This document shows positions 25,005 through 37,740 of a stretch of DNA of 64,000 nt, piece after piece. Position 1 is the stretch's first letter, and each line of letters opens with the position of its first letter. Below the pieces are notes generated by a model. That model searched no databases. It worked only from the letters and a program-made list of their open reading frames with translations, and was not told the DNA's origin. Source of the DNA: Chiloscyllium plagiosum (lineage: Eukaryota); NCBI RefSeq assembly GCF_004010195.1, contig NC_057749.1, forward strand, positions 14,601,429 to 14,665,428. The letters are read 5' to 3'. The translations under genes were made by a program, and so were the position numbers.

Positions 25005-26590
25005 CAGAGTCATAGAGATGTACAACATGGAAACAGACCCTTCAGTCCAACTTGTCCATGCTGACCAGAAATTCCACCTGCCAGCACCTGGCCCATATCC
25101 CTCTCAACCCTTCCTATTCATATACCCATCCAGATGCCTTTTAAACGTTGCAATTGTACCAGCCTCCACCACATCCTCTGGCAGCTCATTCCACATACGC
25201 ACCACCCTCTGCATGAACAGGTTGCCCCTTAGATCTCTTTTATATTCTCTCCTCTCACCCTAAACCTATGCCTCTAGTTCTGGACTCCCCAACCCCAGGA
25301 AAAGACTTTGTCTATTTACCCTATCCATTCCCCTCATGATTTTATAAATCCCTGTAAGGTCACCCCTCAGCCTCCAATGCTCCAGGGAAAACAGCTGTAG
25401 CCCATTTAACCTTTCCCCATAGCTCAAATCCTCCAACCATGGCAACATCCTTATAAATCTTTTCTGAACCCTTTCAAGTTTCACAACATCCTTCCAACAG
25501 GAAGGAGACCAGAATTGCCCTGTACAGCCACAACACAACCTCCCAACTCCTGTACTCAATACTCTGACCAATAAAGGAAAGCATACCAAACGCCTTCTTC
25601 ACTATCCTGTCTACCTGCGACTCCACTTTCAAGGAGCTATGAACCTGCACTCCAAGATCTCTTTGTTCAGCAACACTCCCTAGGACTTTACCATTAAGTG
25701 TATAAGTTCTGCTAAGATTTGCTTTCCCAAAATGCAGCACTTCACATTTATCTAAATTAAATTCCGTCTGCTTAGCCCATTGGCTCATCTGGTCCAGATC
25801 CCGTTGTAATCTGAGATAACCTTCTTCGCTGTCCACTACACCTCCAATTTTGGTGTCATCTGCAAACTTACTAACTATACCTCTTATGCTCACATCTAAA
25901 TCTTTTATATAAATGATGAAAACTAGTGGACCCAGCACATATTCTTGTGGCACTCCACTCGTCACAGGCCTTCAATTGAAAAACAACCCTCCACCACCAC
26001 CTTCTACCTTTGAGCCAGTTCTGTATCCAAATGACTAGTTCTCCTTGTATTCTGTGAGATCTAACCTTGCTAATCAGTCTCCCATGGGGAACCTTGACGA
26101 ACACCTTACTGAGGTCCGTATAGATCACGTCCACCGTTCCGCCCTCATCAAGCCTCTTTGTTACTTCTTCAAAAAACTCAATCAAGTTTGTGAGACATGA
26201 TTTCGCACATATAAAGCCATGTTGACTATCCCTAATCAGTCCTTGCCTTCCCAAATACATGTACATCTGTCCCTCAGGATTCCTTCCAACAACTTGCCCA
26301 TCACCGACGTCAGGCTCACTGGTCTATAATTCCCTGGCTTGTCCCTACCACCTTCCTTGAATAGTGGCACCAGGTTAGCCAACCTCCAGTCTTCTGGCAT
26401 CTCACCTGTGACTATCAATGATACAGGTATCTCAGCAAGCGGACCAGAAATCATTTCCTTAAATCCCCACAGACTTCTGATCGGGTCCTGGGGATTTATC
26501 CATTTCTATGCATTTCAAGACATCCAGCACTTCCTCCTCTGTAACACGGACATTTTTCAAGATGTCTATTTCCCTACATTCTATATCACA
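25005..26590 (-). mobile_element. CR1/HER1 LINE, 5'-truncated
   Basis: RT motifs PGNYRPVSLTS, SQHGF, GVPQ, KFADDTK, LERVQKRF and RLRGDL; frameshifted. Confidence 0.92.
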
Positions 26591-26899
26591 CCTGACAACT
26601 TTTTTCTTGTATCTGACCAATGTTTTTACTTGTTAGTGCCAGCCTAGACTGTGAGACCTTTCCAGATGCTGCCAGTAAAGGCCACCAGACTGGAATTTGT
26701 GGCTGTGATTTCCTGTTTTCCAGCACAGGTTCACTAAACCAGCCCCTGGGGTGAGGGGTGTGCAAACATGGCTGATATTGCTGGAAATTTAGTAGGAAGG
26801 GAGGTGACCTTATTGAAACAGGTGAGATTCTGAAGGGGCTGCAACAGGATAGACACTGCCAGCCGGGGAATCGAAAACATGGCATGGTGCAGTCTCAAG

Positions 26900-27215
26900 A
26901 TTTTTTATTCACAGACTGACAATATCACTGGTTAGGCCAGCATTTATTGTCCAGAGGGCAGTTAAGAGCCAACCATATTCTGTGGGTCTGGAGTCACATG
27001 TAGGCCAGACAAGAATGGCAGTTTCCTTCCCAAAGGGACCAAGTGGATTTTTTCCCAACAATTGACAATAGATTCATTGTCAATTTTTAATTCCAGATAT
27101 TTATTGGATTCTAACTCCACCATCTGCTGTGGCAGGATTTGAACCAGTGTCCACAGAACATTACTTAGTCTGCGGATTAAGAGTCTAGTGGTAATACCAG
27201 TAGGCTATTGCTTCA
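26900..27215 (-). mobile_element. Head+tail SINE-like derivative of the tRNA-headed LINE
   Basis: Reverse complement matches 9080-9420. Confidence 0.7.
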
Positions 27216-27299
27216 CACTGTACAGAGCAAGGTACCAATTATTTGGGACTAAGATGAAAAGAAATATATTGACCCAACTGATTTTGGTTTGCTTGAATT

Positions 27300-27745
27300 G
27301 CAGCTGAGAAGGTGTGTGTTAGGTGAGAGGCTGAATGTTTACAGCAGCCTGTGACAGCTGATAAAGCTGGAGGACTACCCACTATGAGCAGCAGAAGGAA
27401 TCTTGGGACCTACCTGAGAATGGATATTGCAAGTTTCTAGTTCTATGTGACTCTAGTCTGAAGTGCTTTAGCTCTCTTTTCAGGGGTCCAGATAATCAAT
27501 GACTGAGGTTTGACAGGGGTTTGTTTTCTTGGTGAAGGGAGGAGGCACTGAGTGTGGTTTGGTTATATAGCCTGAGATGCTGAATCCTCCAGCATCCCCT
27601 GAAATGTTAACATTTCCACCTAGAATGATGTCGCATTTCATAGGAATGATCTGCTGATCGTCAGGCTCTTTGTGTTAATGGTGAACAGGGTCTACCGGAT
27701 AAACCCTCCATCAAAAAGTCTCACAGCAATACCACATGATACCAT
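27300..27745 (-). mobile_element. Highly decayed APE-endonuclease LINE fragment
   Basis: Minus-strand peptides DIILGGNVN and TSVIDY resemble the GDFN and S.IDY endonuclease motifs; 27645-27735 recurs at 30070-30155. Confidence 0.45.
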
Positions 27746-28954
27746 ATGTGAGACAGAAATATCACACATGGGGCTGTGCTGAAGGTGCAGCTGATACTTG
27801 CTGTTCAGGGAGCTTTACTCTGTATCTAACCCTATATTATATCTGAAGTAGGAATGATTGATGGGGACAGTATAGAGGGAGCTTTATTCTGTAACTAACC
27901 CTGTGCTGTCCTTCACTGCAAGTGATTAATAGGGACAGTGTAGAGATAGCTCTCCTTTCACTTTAAACGTGTAGAGGTTGCTTCACTCTATGCATGGACT
28001 GTGCTGCACTTGTGCTAAGCTTGTGTGAAGGTATTGCTTTCTAGAATATGAAATACCCTTGCCTTCATGAAAGCAGACTTTGCAAAATAACGAGAGATCT
28101 TTGTTTAGAGAGCTTCAATGTACTGTCCACTCTGAGTGTTCACTTCATTGCAAAATTCATGACCTTCAGTCTTCTAAGTAATTCTCACACTGTAGTTAAT
28201 TTAATTAGATCATGGACTGTGTGTAAATCATTCTGTTCCTTGCATATTGTCTGACAGACCTTTAGAGCTGGATCGTTTTGGGCTTTCAAGTGCAGCTCTG
28301 TTACATTTACCATCTTTAACAAAAAAACCTGTCTACACATTTTCCTAATTAAATGTAAGTCACACACCAAAATTCAGTAATGGTGTACCAATGCTCATCT
28401 GATCTGAGTCATGCACACCAAGAACTGTGTGTGTGTGTGTGTGTGTGAGAGAGACTTGGGGCACCGTTCTAATTCACCTCCACCCTAACCATTCTTGTTT
28501 GCTGAATGTCAGTATGAGGGTGGTTTGGTTGTGGAGGAGGGGGGAGGGGAACAGGCAAAATCCTTCTGCAACCAAACACAGTCGAAACCAGATTCCTTGC
28601 CCATTCATCTTGCTGCTGTCATGGGATCTTGCTGTGTGCAAAATGGCTGTTGGACTTGTCTATATTCTAGCCACTACATCTCATGTCACCGTGTATCGAG
28701 TGCCATGATACTCATTAGGATGCTATTTAAATTTATGGCCCATCAAATCCACACCAACCCTCCAGAGAGCATCCCTTGTTACCAGTTTGGTCTTTCATAA
28801 GCTTCCTTGTTGAACCTTTTCTGATTTAAATCCTCTAGCGAATGCCCAGTTCTAAGTACCAGGTGAAGGTGGTAACGTGATGCTCACACTCATTGTTGGG
28901 CAATTGTGTTGGACAGGGCACTGGAAATACTGGGTCCCCCCCCCCCAAGGAGTA

Positions 28955-29295
28955 ACACAGAACAAAGGACTGCGGGTGCTAGAGATCTGAAACAATAAAA
29001 GCAGCAATTGCCAGAAAACTCAGTAGGAGAGAAAGCAGAGTTAACGTTTCAAGTCCAGCGAACCTTCTTCAGAAATGATAGCAGGTAGCAAAAGGTGGTT
29101 GGTGATGCTGGTGATGGGGGTGAAAAGGAGTGTGAGGGTAGATCCAGATGGTGCCCAGAGACAGAGAGACAAATAAAGGTAAGCAGACAAAACTCTGATG
29201 AAGAGCTTGAAACGTTAGTTCACTCTCTCCCCATGGATGCTGTCTGACCTGCTGGGATCTCCAGTATTTGTTGTTTTCAGTAGGCTGACAAAGGT
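28955..29295. mobile_element. Nested PLE tail remnants
   Basis: Minus-strand hammerhead-like core near 29040-29072 and a different plus-strand core CTGATGAAGAGCTTGAAACGTTAG at 29195. Confidence 0.6.
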
Positions 29296-30161
29296 TGGTC
29301 CCACAAGAGGCTGGTTGCTTCGAAGAGAAAGGAATGACACTTCCTAAAGGAAAAGTAGAAATGTGTATTTAAATAGCACCTTTAGTACATTCCCTTTATG
29401 ACTAATTAAACGTCTTCTGAAGTGTAGCCACAGTTGTAATGAAGGAAAAGTGATAGTGACAGTGGTGTTGCCTGAGGGTCATTGGCCACCGTGGTCACTT
29501 TATAATGAAGTCCTTCACAAGAATTTTCCCAGTGATTACGGGTTACTTTCATTTCATGCCAAATTAAAGAACAGTTTGATCTGTCGATTTTGAGAGGCTA
29601 GATGGTCACAGTCACCTACTGTAGGCGGTTGACCATTCATAAGCAGCTTTCAGAGAGTTCTTTTGAGTTTGTTAAGCAGTTGTTTTGATATAATACATTA
29701 GTGATATGGTTTAAAAAAGTGTTTGACCATGACAATTCAGAATGGTTCACTGATGTCAGAGGACAAACAGGCTGTTGGCACAGAGTGTGTCAGGTTTGTC
29801 AAAGTTGTGAAGCTAGTGCCCTTCACTCTAGCCCAGGTGTTAGAAACCTCTTCCCTTAGTCTAACTCCTCTACTCCTGGTCAAACTGGAGAAGACAACTC
29901 CCTGGGGACTGCCTAATGAGGTCCTCCCTCTGTCCCTGAGCACGTGTCAAGATCCCCTATTTCTGGGGGCTGGGAGCTTACTCTGCGTCAAGCAATTGAT
30001 TCCTTTGGCCAATGACCATGGAACAGCTATTCATGACATTGAATGATTGTTGTCCCTTTTCATCTCATAAGGATGATCTGCTGATTGTCAGGCTCTTTGT
30101 GTTAGTAATGAACAGGGTCTACCCTATAAACTGTCCACCAATTACAGCAATGCCATTAATT

Positions 30162-32596
30162 GGGGAGGTGATAGCCTAGTGGTATTAACACTCGACTATT
30201 AATCCAGAAACCCAGAATAATACTCTGGGGACCTGGGTTCGAATCCCCACCACTGTAGATGGTGAAATTTGAATTCAATTCAGAAAAAATCTGGAATTAA
30301 GAGTCAACTGATGACCATGAAACCATTGTCAATTGTCGGAAAAATGCATCTGGTTTACTAATGTCCTTTAGAGAAGGAAATCTGCCATCCTTACCTGGTC
30401 TGGATGGCTCCAGAGCCACAGCAATGTGGTTGACTCGCAACTGCTCTCTGAAATGGCCTAGCAAGCCACTCAACTTGTATCATTCACTTGAAAGTCACAA
30501 CAAAGAAACGTAACCAAATGGACCACCTGGCATCGACCTTGGAACTAGAAAAGACAATGGCAAAAACACAAACAGCCCTGCTGACCATGCAGAGTCCTCC
30601 TTACCAACATCAGGGGGCTAGTGCTGAAATTGGGAGAGCTGTCTTACAGATTAGTAAAGCAACAGCCTGACATAGTCATTCTTATGGAATCATACCTTAC
30701 AGATAACACCCCAGACCACAACCATTACCATCCCTGGATATGTCCTGTCCCACCAGCAGGACAGACCCAGCAGAGGTGGCGGCACAGTGGTATACAGTCA
30801 GGAGGGAGTTGCCCTGGGAGTCCTTGACACAGTCTGGACTCTATGAAGCCTCATAGTTTCAGGTTAAACATGGACAAGGAAACCTCTTGCTGGTTATCAT
30901 GTACCATCCTCCCTTGGCTGACGAATCAGTACTCCTCCATGTTGAACAACACTCGGAGGAAGCATTGAGGGTGGCAAGGGTACAAAATGGTTCTGGGTGG
31001 GGGATTTCAGTATCCACCAACAAGCGTGGCTCAGCAGCAGTGATACTGGTTGAACTGGTTGGGTCCTAAAGGATATAACTGCTAGACTGGGTCTGTGACA
31101 GGTGTTGAGGGAACCTACAAGAGGAAAAAACATACTTGACTTCATCCTTACTAATCTGCTGGCTGCAGAAGCATCTGTCCATGACAGTTTAGGTAAAAGT
31201 GACCATCGCACTGTCCTTGTGGAGACAAAGTCCCACCTTCACATTGAGAATAACCTCCATTGTGTTGTGTGGCATGATCACCATGCTAAATGGTGATCAA
31301 ACATGGCCTGGCATATCCCCACTCAACCATTACCATCCATCCAGGGGATCAACCCTGGTTCAACAGAGAGTGCAGGAGGGCATGCCAGGTACAGTATCAG
31401 GCATACCTGAAGATGATGTGTCAACCTGGTGAAGCTACCGAACAGGACCACATGCCTGCTAAATGGCATAAACAGCAAGTGACAGACAGAGCTAAGTGAT
31501 CCCACAACCAATGGATCAGATCTAAGCTCTGCAGTCTTCCCACATCCAGTCATAAATGGTGGTGGACAACGAAACAACTCGCTGGAGGAGAAGGCTGCAC
31601 AAATAGCCCCATCCTCAATGATGGAGGAGCCCAACACATCAGTGAAGAGATAAGGCTGATGCTTTCACAACAATCTTCAGTCAGAAGTACCGAGTAGATG
31701 ATTCATCTCGGGCTCCTCCAGTAGTCCCCAGCATCACAGATACCAGTCTCCACCCAATTCAATTCCCTCCACGTGATATCAAGAAATGGCTAGAGGCACT
31801 GGATACTGCAAAGGCAATGGGCCCTGTTAACATCCAGCAATAGTACTGAAGACGTATGCTCCAGAGCATGCCGCTCCCCCAGACAAGCTTTTCCAGTGCA
31901 GTTACAACACTGGCATCTACTGACAATGGGGAAAACTGTCCTGTACACAAAAAACAGGACAAATCCAACCCGGCCAGTTACCGCCCAATCAGTCTACTCT
32001 CCATCATCAGTAAACTGATGGAAGGGGCCATCAAGCAGCACCTGCTCAGCACCAACCTGCTCGGTGACGCCCAGTTTGGGTCGCCAGGGTCACTCAGCTC
32101 CAGACCTCATTCCAGCCTTGGTTCAAATGTGGACAAAAGAGCTGAATTCCAGAGGTGAAGTGAGAATGACAGCCCTTGTCATCAAGGCCGCATTTGACAG
32201 AGTATCAAGGAGCCCTGGCAAAACTGGAATCAGTGGGTATCAGGGGGCAAACACGCCGCCGGATAGAATCATACCTGGCACAAAGGAAGATGGTTGTCGT
32301 TGTGGAGGGTCAGTCATCTCAGCTCCAGGACATCTCTGCAGGAGTCCTTCAGGGTAGTGTTCTAGGCCCAACAATCTTCAGCTGCTTTATCAATGACCTT
32401 CCCTCTGTCATAAGGTCAGAAGTGGGGATGTTTGCTGATTATTGCACAGCGTTAAGCACCATTCGCGACTCCTCAGATACTGAAGCAGTCTGTGCTCAAA
32501 CGCAACAAGATCTGGACAATATCCAGGCTTGGGCTGACAAGTGGCAAGCAACATTCACGCCACACAAATGCCAGACAATGGCCATCACCAATAAGA
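30162..32596 (+). mobile_element. CR1-group LINE with tRNA-like 5' head, APE endonuclease and RT, 3'-interrupted
   Basis: A-box TAGCCTAGTGG (30172), B-box GGTTCGAATCC (30236). Then VLLTNIRGLVLKLGEL...PDIVILMES, EPTRGKNILDFIL...SDH, SYRPISLLSIISKLME, GVLQGSVLGP and MFADY. Many disruptions. Confidence 0.85.
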
Positions 32597-33952
32597 GACA
32601 GGTCAAGAGGGCAGTGCCGAATTGGCTCTCGAGGTTGGGTTGGAAGGTTGATGAACAGTTCATCAACTTCACTAACACCTTCTCCTGACCTCAAGTTCAC
32701 TTGAACCATGTCAGATACCTCCGTCCCCTTCCTGGACCTCTCCGTCTTCATCTCTGGCCATCGACTCAACATGGACCTCTACTTCAAACCCACTGACTGC
32801 CACAGATGCGTGGATTCCACCTCCTCCCACCGCCCTCTACTTTAAATCTTTACACCCAATTCACCCGCCTCCCCCTGTATTTGCTCCCAGAAGGGGCGAT
32901 TCCACTCCAGGACATCCCAGATTGCTTCCTATTTCAAGGACTGCAATTTTCCCTCCCACGTGATCAACAATGCCCTCCATCGCATCTCCTCCACTTCCCG
33001 CACCTCTGCCTCGAACACCACCCCTCCAACTGCAACAAAGATAGAACCCCCGGTCCTTACCTTCCACCCCACTAATCTCCAGATACATCACATTGTCATC
33101 TGCCATTTCCATCATCTACAATCAGACCCCACCACCAAAGATATATTTCCTTCCCCACCCCTACTGGCATTCCACAGAGACCAATCCCTCTGCCACTCCC
33201 TCATTAGGTCCACAGTCCCCACCAATCCACCCTCCACTCCTGGCACCTTCCTTTCCTTCTGCACGCAGTATAAAACCTGGCCCACACCTCCCCCCTCACC
33301 TCCATCCAAGGCCCTAAAGGATAATTTCAAATCCAGCAGAGATTTTCCTGCACATCCTCCCACCTCATTTACAGCATCCATTGCTCTTGATGTGGTCTCC
33401 TTTACATTGGGAAGACTGAGCACCAACTCGTGGTGGAGTTCAGGGAACATCTCTGGTCCACATGCACCAAACAACCTCACCGTCCTGTGACCAACCACTT
33501 CAACTCCTGCTCCCAATCCCCCAACAACATGCAAATCCTTGGCCTCTTCCACCACCAAATCAAAGCCATCTGATGCCTGGAGGAAGAACGTCTCATCTTC
33601 CACCTCAGGACCCTACAACCACACATCATCAACATCGACTTCACCAGTTTCCATATCTCCCCTGCCCCCACCTCATCCCAGATCCAACCTTCCAACTCAG
33701 CACTACCCTCTTGACCTGTCCTACCTGTCCACCTTCCTTCCCACCTATCCACTCCACCCTCCACACTGACCGATGAAAAACACCTCCTACCTGCATCCAC
33801 CTATCACCACCCCCACCCCCACCCCCACCCCTATTTATCTATCATCCACTCCTTCCTCCTCCACATTCCTGATGATGGGCTTATGTCCGAAACATCGGCT
33901 CTCCTGCTCCTTGGATGCTGCCTGACCCGCAGTGCTTTTTCCAGTGCCACAC
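32597..33952 (+). mobile_element. Penelope-like element (Neptune-like) with inverted 5' segment
   Basis: Homologous to 6766-7934; 32597-32650 is an inverted copy of ~33683-33720; decayed hammerhead motif at 33868. Confidence 0.85.
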
Positions 33953-33954
33953 CT

Positions 33955-34315
33955 AGAGAGGTTTTTTAAAATCATGGATTGGGTAAAGAGACAAGATCTT
34001 TTCCCCAGGTGAGGGAGTCCAAAACTAGAGGGCATAGGTTTAAGGTGAGATGGCAAAGATTTAGAAGGGAATTAAGAGGCAACGTTTTCATGCAGAGTGT
34101 GGCGCGTATATGGAATGAACTGCCAGAGGAAGTCGTGGAGGCTGGTACAATTACAACATTTAAAAGACACCTGGATGGGTACACGAATAGGAAGGGTTAA
34201 GAAGGATTTGGACCAAATGCTGTCAAATGTGACTAGATTTATTTAGGATATCTGGTCAGTATGGATGAGTTGGACTGAAGGGTTTGTTTCCGTGTTGTAC
34301 ATCTCTATGACTATA
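33955..34315 (+). mobile_element. CR1/HER1 LINE 3' end
   Basis: SKTRGHRFKV...WNELPEEVVEAGTITTFKRHLD followed by a CTCTATGACT tail. Confidence 0.88.
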
Positions 34316-34594
34316 GGACAAACATCTTCATTGATATGGAGGGTTTGTTGTATATAGGTTTAGAAGGGTCTGTTCCTAAGACTGTAAATGGTAGGAGTGG
34401 AAGTTGGCCATTCGGCCCATCATGTCTGCTTTGCCAATGAAGTCATAGCTGAGTTGATCATTTTCAACTCAATGTTCCCGCCTCTTCCCAATAATAGCGA
34501 AGGGATCTTGTTCAGTCCTGGGGGAGGGAAGGTGATATCTCAGTTTCCCATCTCATCTAAATGATTCACCATCATATCTCATCCAAATGTAGAA

Positions 34595-35485
34595 GACATG
34601 GTTAGTACGTTTGTGGACAACACCCAAAACTGGTGGCATTGTAGACAGTGAAGAAGGTTTTCTAAGATTACAAAAGGATCTTGATCAAATGGATCAGTGG
34701 GCTGCAAAGTGGCAGATGGAGTTCAGTCTGGATAAGTGCAAGATATTGCATTTTGGTACAACAAATGAAGGTAGAGTTTATACAACTAATGATAATGCCT
34801 TGGGTAATGTTGCAGAACAGAAGGATGTGGGGGTGCAGGTACATAATTCTTTGAAGTTTGTGTCACATATGGACAGGGTGATTAAAAAGGCATTTGGCAC
34901 GCTTGCCTTTCATTGCTCAGTCCTTGGAGTGTAGGAATTGAGATGCCATGTTGAGGTTGTACAGGACATTGGCTTCTTCGGGAATACTGAGTCCAGTTCT
35001 GATCACCCAGTTATAGGATGGATATTATCAAGCAGGAGAGGGTTCAGAAGAGATTTACCAGGATGTTGGTGGGTTTGGAAGCTTTGAGTTATAAAGAAAG
35101 GCTGGATAGGCTGGGGCTTTTTCACTGGAATGTAGGAGGTTGAGGGGTGAACTTATAGAGGTTTAAAAAATAATGAGGGGCATAGATAGGGTTAATGGTA
35201 GTTGTCTCTTGCCTAGGTTGGGGGATTTCAGGTGTAAGAGGCACATTGTTAAGGTGAGAGGAGAGAGATTTACACAGAGGGTGGTTCACATGTGGAATGA
35301 ACTTTGAGAGAAAGTGGTGGATGCAGGTAGAATCACAATGTTTAAAAGACATTTGGATAAGTACGTGAAAAGGAAAGGTTTGAAAGAATATGGGCTAAGA
35401 GCAGACAGATGTTTGAGACTATGTTCAGCATGGACTGATTGGACCGAAGGGTCTGCTTCTGTTCTGTATGACTCTGACTCTATGA
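34595..35485 (+). mobile_element. CR1/HER1 LINE 3' fragment
   Basis: RLQKDLDQMDQWAAKWQMEF and TMFKRHLDKY peptides with the CR1 tail. Confidence 0.88.
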
Positions 35486-36162
35486 CCCCTGGCACTACAC
35501 TAGGAGAGAGAGAGAGGGAGAGAGCATAGATGTTTTATGATCAAGTCTCTGAAATGGGACTTGATTTCAGAAACTTTAGAAAGGTAGGAATAGTAGCCAC
35601 AGCTGTTGGGGGACTGAGTACTGTAACTTCTGTTATGAGAGTGTGTGAGAAAGCTGCAGAGTGCCGCTGCAATTCAATAATTTGTGAACTAATGAAATTA
35701 TTGGAAGCTAATTATGGCTCCAGCAACAGATATAAATCAGTTTTAAGCACAATGGCATTTAACAGAGCCAAATTATTTTTGCAAGTTCCATTAAGAGCAT
35801 ATAAATTATGAGCAGAAAAAAGCTGTTCAGCTCCTTGAGTCTGTTCCACCATTCAATAAGATCATGTCTGACCTGACTGTGATCTGGCCTCCACTTTCCT
35901 CTCAATGCCTGGATTTCTTTGTCACCTTAAATTCTGTCGAATATGGCCTTGAATGTTTTCATTGACTCAGCCTCTGCTGCTCATTGGGAGGGAATTTCAA
36001 ACACTGATAAACTTTGACAGAAGAGATTCCCCCTCATTTCCATTTTAAAGAGTGGACTCCTTGTTTTTAAATTCTGACTCCTTGTTCTAGATTCAGTCAC
36101 AAGGGGAAACATCCTCCCCAGAATCTCCCTGTGAAGCCCCTCACGATCATACACTTCAATAA

Positions 36163-36362
36163 TGATTTGGAGATGCCGGTGTTGGACTGGGGTGTACAAA
36201 GTTAAAAATCACACAACACCAGGTTATAGTCCAACAGGTTTAATTGGAAGCACACTAGCTTTCGGAGCGCCGCTCCTTCATCAGGTGATTGTCACCTGAT
36301 GAAGGAGCATCGCTCTGAAAGCTAGTGTGCTTCCAATTAAACCTGTTGGACTATAACCTGGT
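36163..36362. mobile_element. Palindromic PLE-derived insertion with two opposed hammerhead motifs
   Basis: 71-bp inverted arms (36218-36288 and 36292-36362, 3 mismatches); 10-bp TSD ACTTCAATAA (36153-36162 and 36363-36372). Confidence 0.85.
36253..36287 (-). ncRNA. Minimal type I hammerhead ribozyme motif
   Basis: CAC-CUGAUGA-A-GGAGC/GGC/GCUCC-GAAA-GCU-A-GUG: stem I CAC/GUG, 5-bp stem II, palindromic AGCU in place of stem III. Confidence 0.75.
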
Positions 36363-36519
36363 ACTTCAATAAGATTACCACTCATTCTTCCCAATTCCAA
36401 TTGTACACGATCCATTCCTCACAATACAAACTCTTTTATCCATCAAACCATCTAATGTTCCTTCTCTGATCTGCCTCCAAAGCGAGCATGTTCCTCCTAA
36501 TCTAAGGTGGCCAAAACAT

Positions 36520-37070
36520 GGAACACAGAACATTACTCAGGAACAAGCCCTTTGGCCCACCAATTGCTGTGCTGTCCATGATGCCACGAATCCCAACTGC
36601 CTCCACATGGTCCATATCTCGCTAATCCATGTGTCTGTCTAAATGCCTCTTAAATGTTGCTACTGTATCTGCTTTTACCACCACCTCTGGCAACACATTC
36701 CAGGCACCTACCACCCTCCATGTAAAAAGACATATCTTACACATCTTTAAGTGTGCCCCTCTCACCTTAAACTTATGCCCCCTAATATTTGACATGTCCG
36801 CCTTGGGAAAACGTCTCCGACTGTCCGTGCCTCATAATGTTATATGCTTCTATCAAATTGCTCCTCAGCCTCCGATGCTCTAGTGAAAACAATTCAAAGT
36901 TTGTCCAACCTCCTTATAGTTAATGCATTCTATTCAGGCGACATCCTGGTTAACCTCTTTTGCACCCTTTCCAAAGTCTCTACATCCTTCCTATAGTGTG
37001 GGGACTAGAACTGCACACAGTACACCAAATGTGGCCTCACTAAATTCTTATGCATCTGCCAATTTTTATA
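36520..37070 (-). mobile_element. CR1 LINE 3' fragment
   Basis: Reverse-complement similarity to 34900-35480. Confidence 0.8.
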
Positions 37071-37469
37071 CTCAAAACTGAAACAATACTGATATGGTCT
37101 CACCATTGCCCCAAAACTTCCTAGCAAGACATTGCCATGAACCTTCTGCAATGCAGCGTGTCCCATTGTGCTACTCACAGATTATAATGGAAGAGATTCT
37201 CAATGGCCTTGTGAGTAAATTCACTCTAGTGCTGAGGCATACTGAGCTCTGGGATTTCAATCTCCAGCATGTGCTGTACCAGCTGGGAGAGGGTTGGGGT
37301 TTAAGAATAAGGGCACAGCAACTAGGCTGTTTGGCTGGTGACGCAGGAACAATCTACTTAAATTACCTCAAACGCAAAAGAGAATGACTAACCAGACAAA
37401 GAACATATTTAAAGAATATGGTGCTCTCCATTGTCGGGAGAGATTGAAGTGAATGGCATAATTTCCTTT

Positions 37470-37740
37470 ATTAGATTAGATTCCCTACAGTATAGAAACA
37501 GGCCATTTGGCCCAACAAGTCCACACCAACCCTCTGAAAAGTAACCCACCCAGACCCATTCCCTATATTTACCCAATGCACCTAACACTATATGCAGTAT
37601 AGCATGACCAATTCACCTAATCTGCACATCTTTAGATTGTGGGAGGAAACCCACACAGACAGTCACCCAAGGTGGGAATCAAATGCAGGTCCTTGGCACT
37701 GTGAGGCAATAGTGCTAACCACTGAGCCACCATGCTGCCT
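37470..37740 (-). mobile_element. HE1-like SINE
   Basis: Same head and ATTAG-repeat tail as the other copies. Confidence 0.75.

Noticed and set aside
30162..30255. Functional tRNA gene
   Set aside because: No proper acceptor stem, no downstream T-run terminator, and many diverged copies attached to retroelement bodies.
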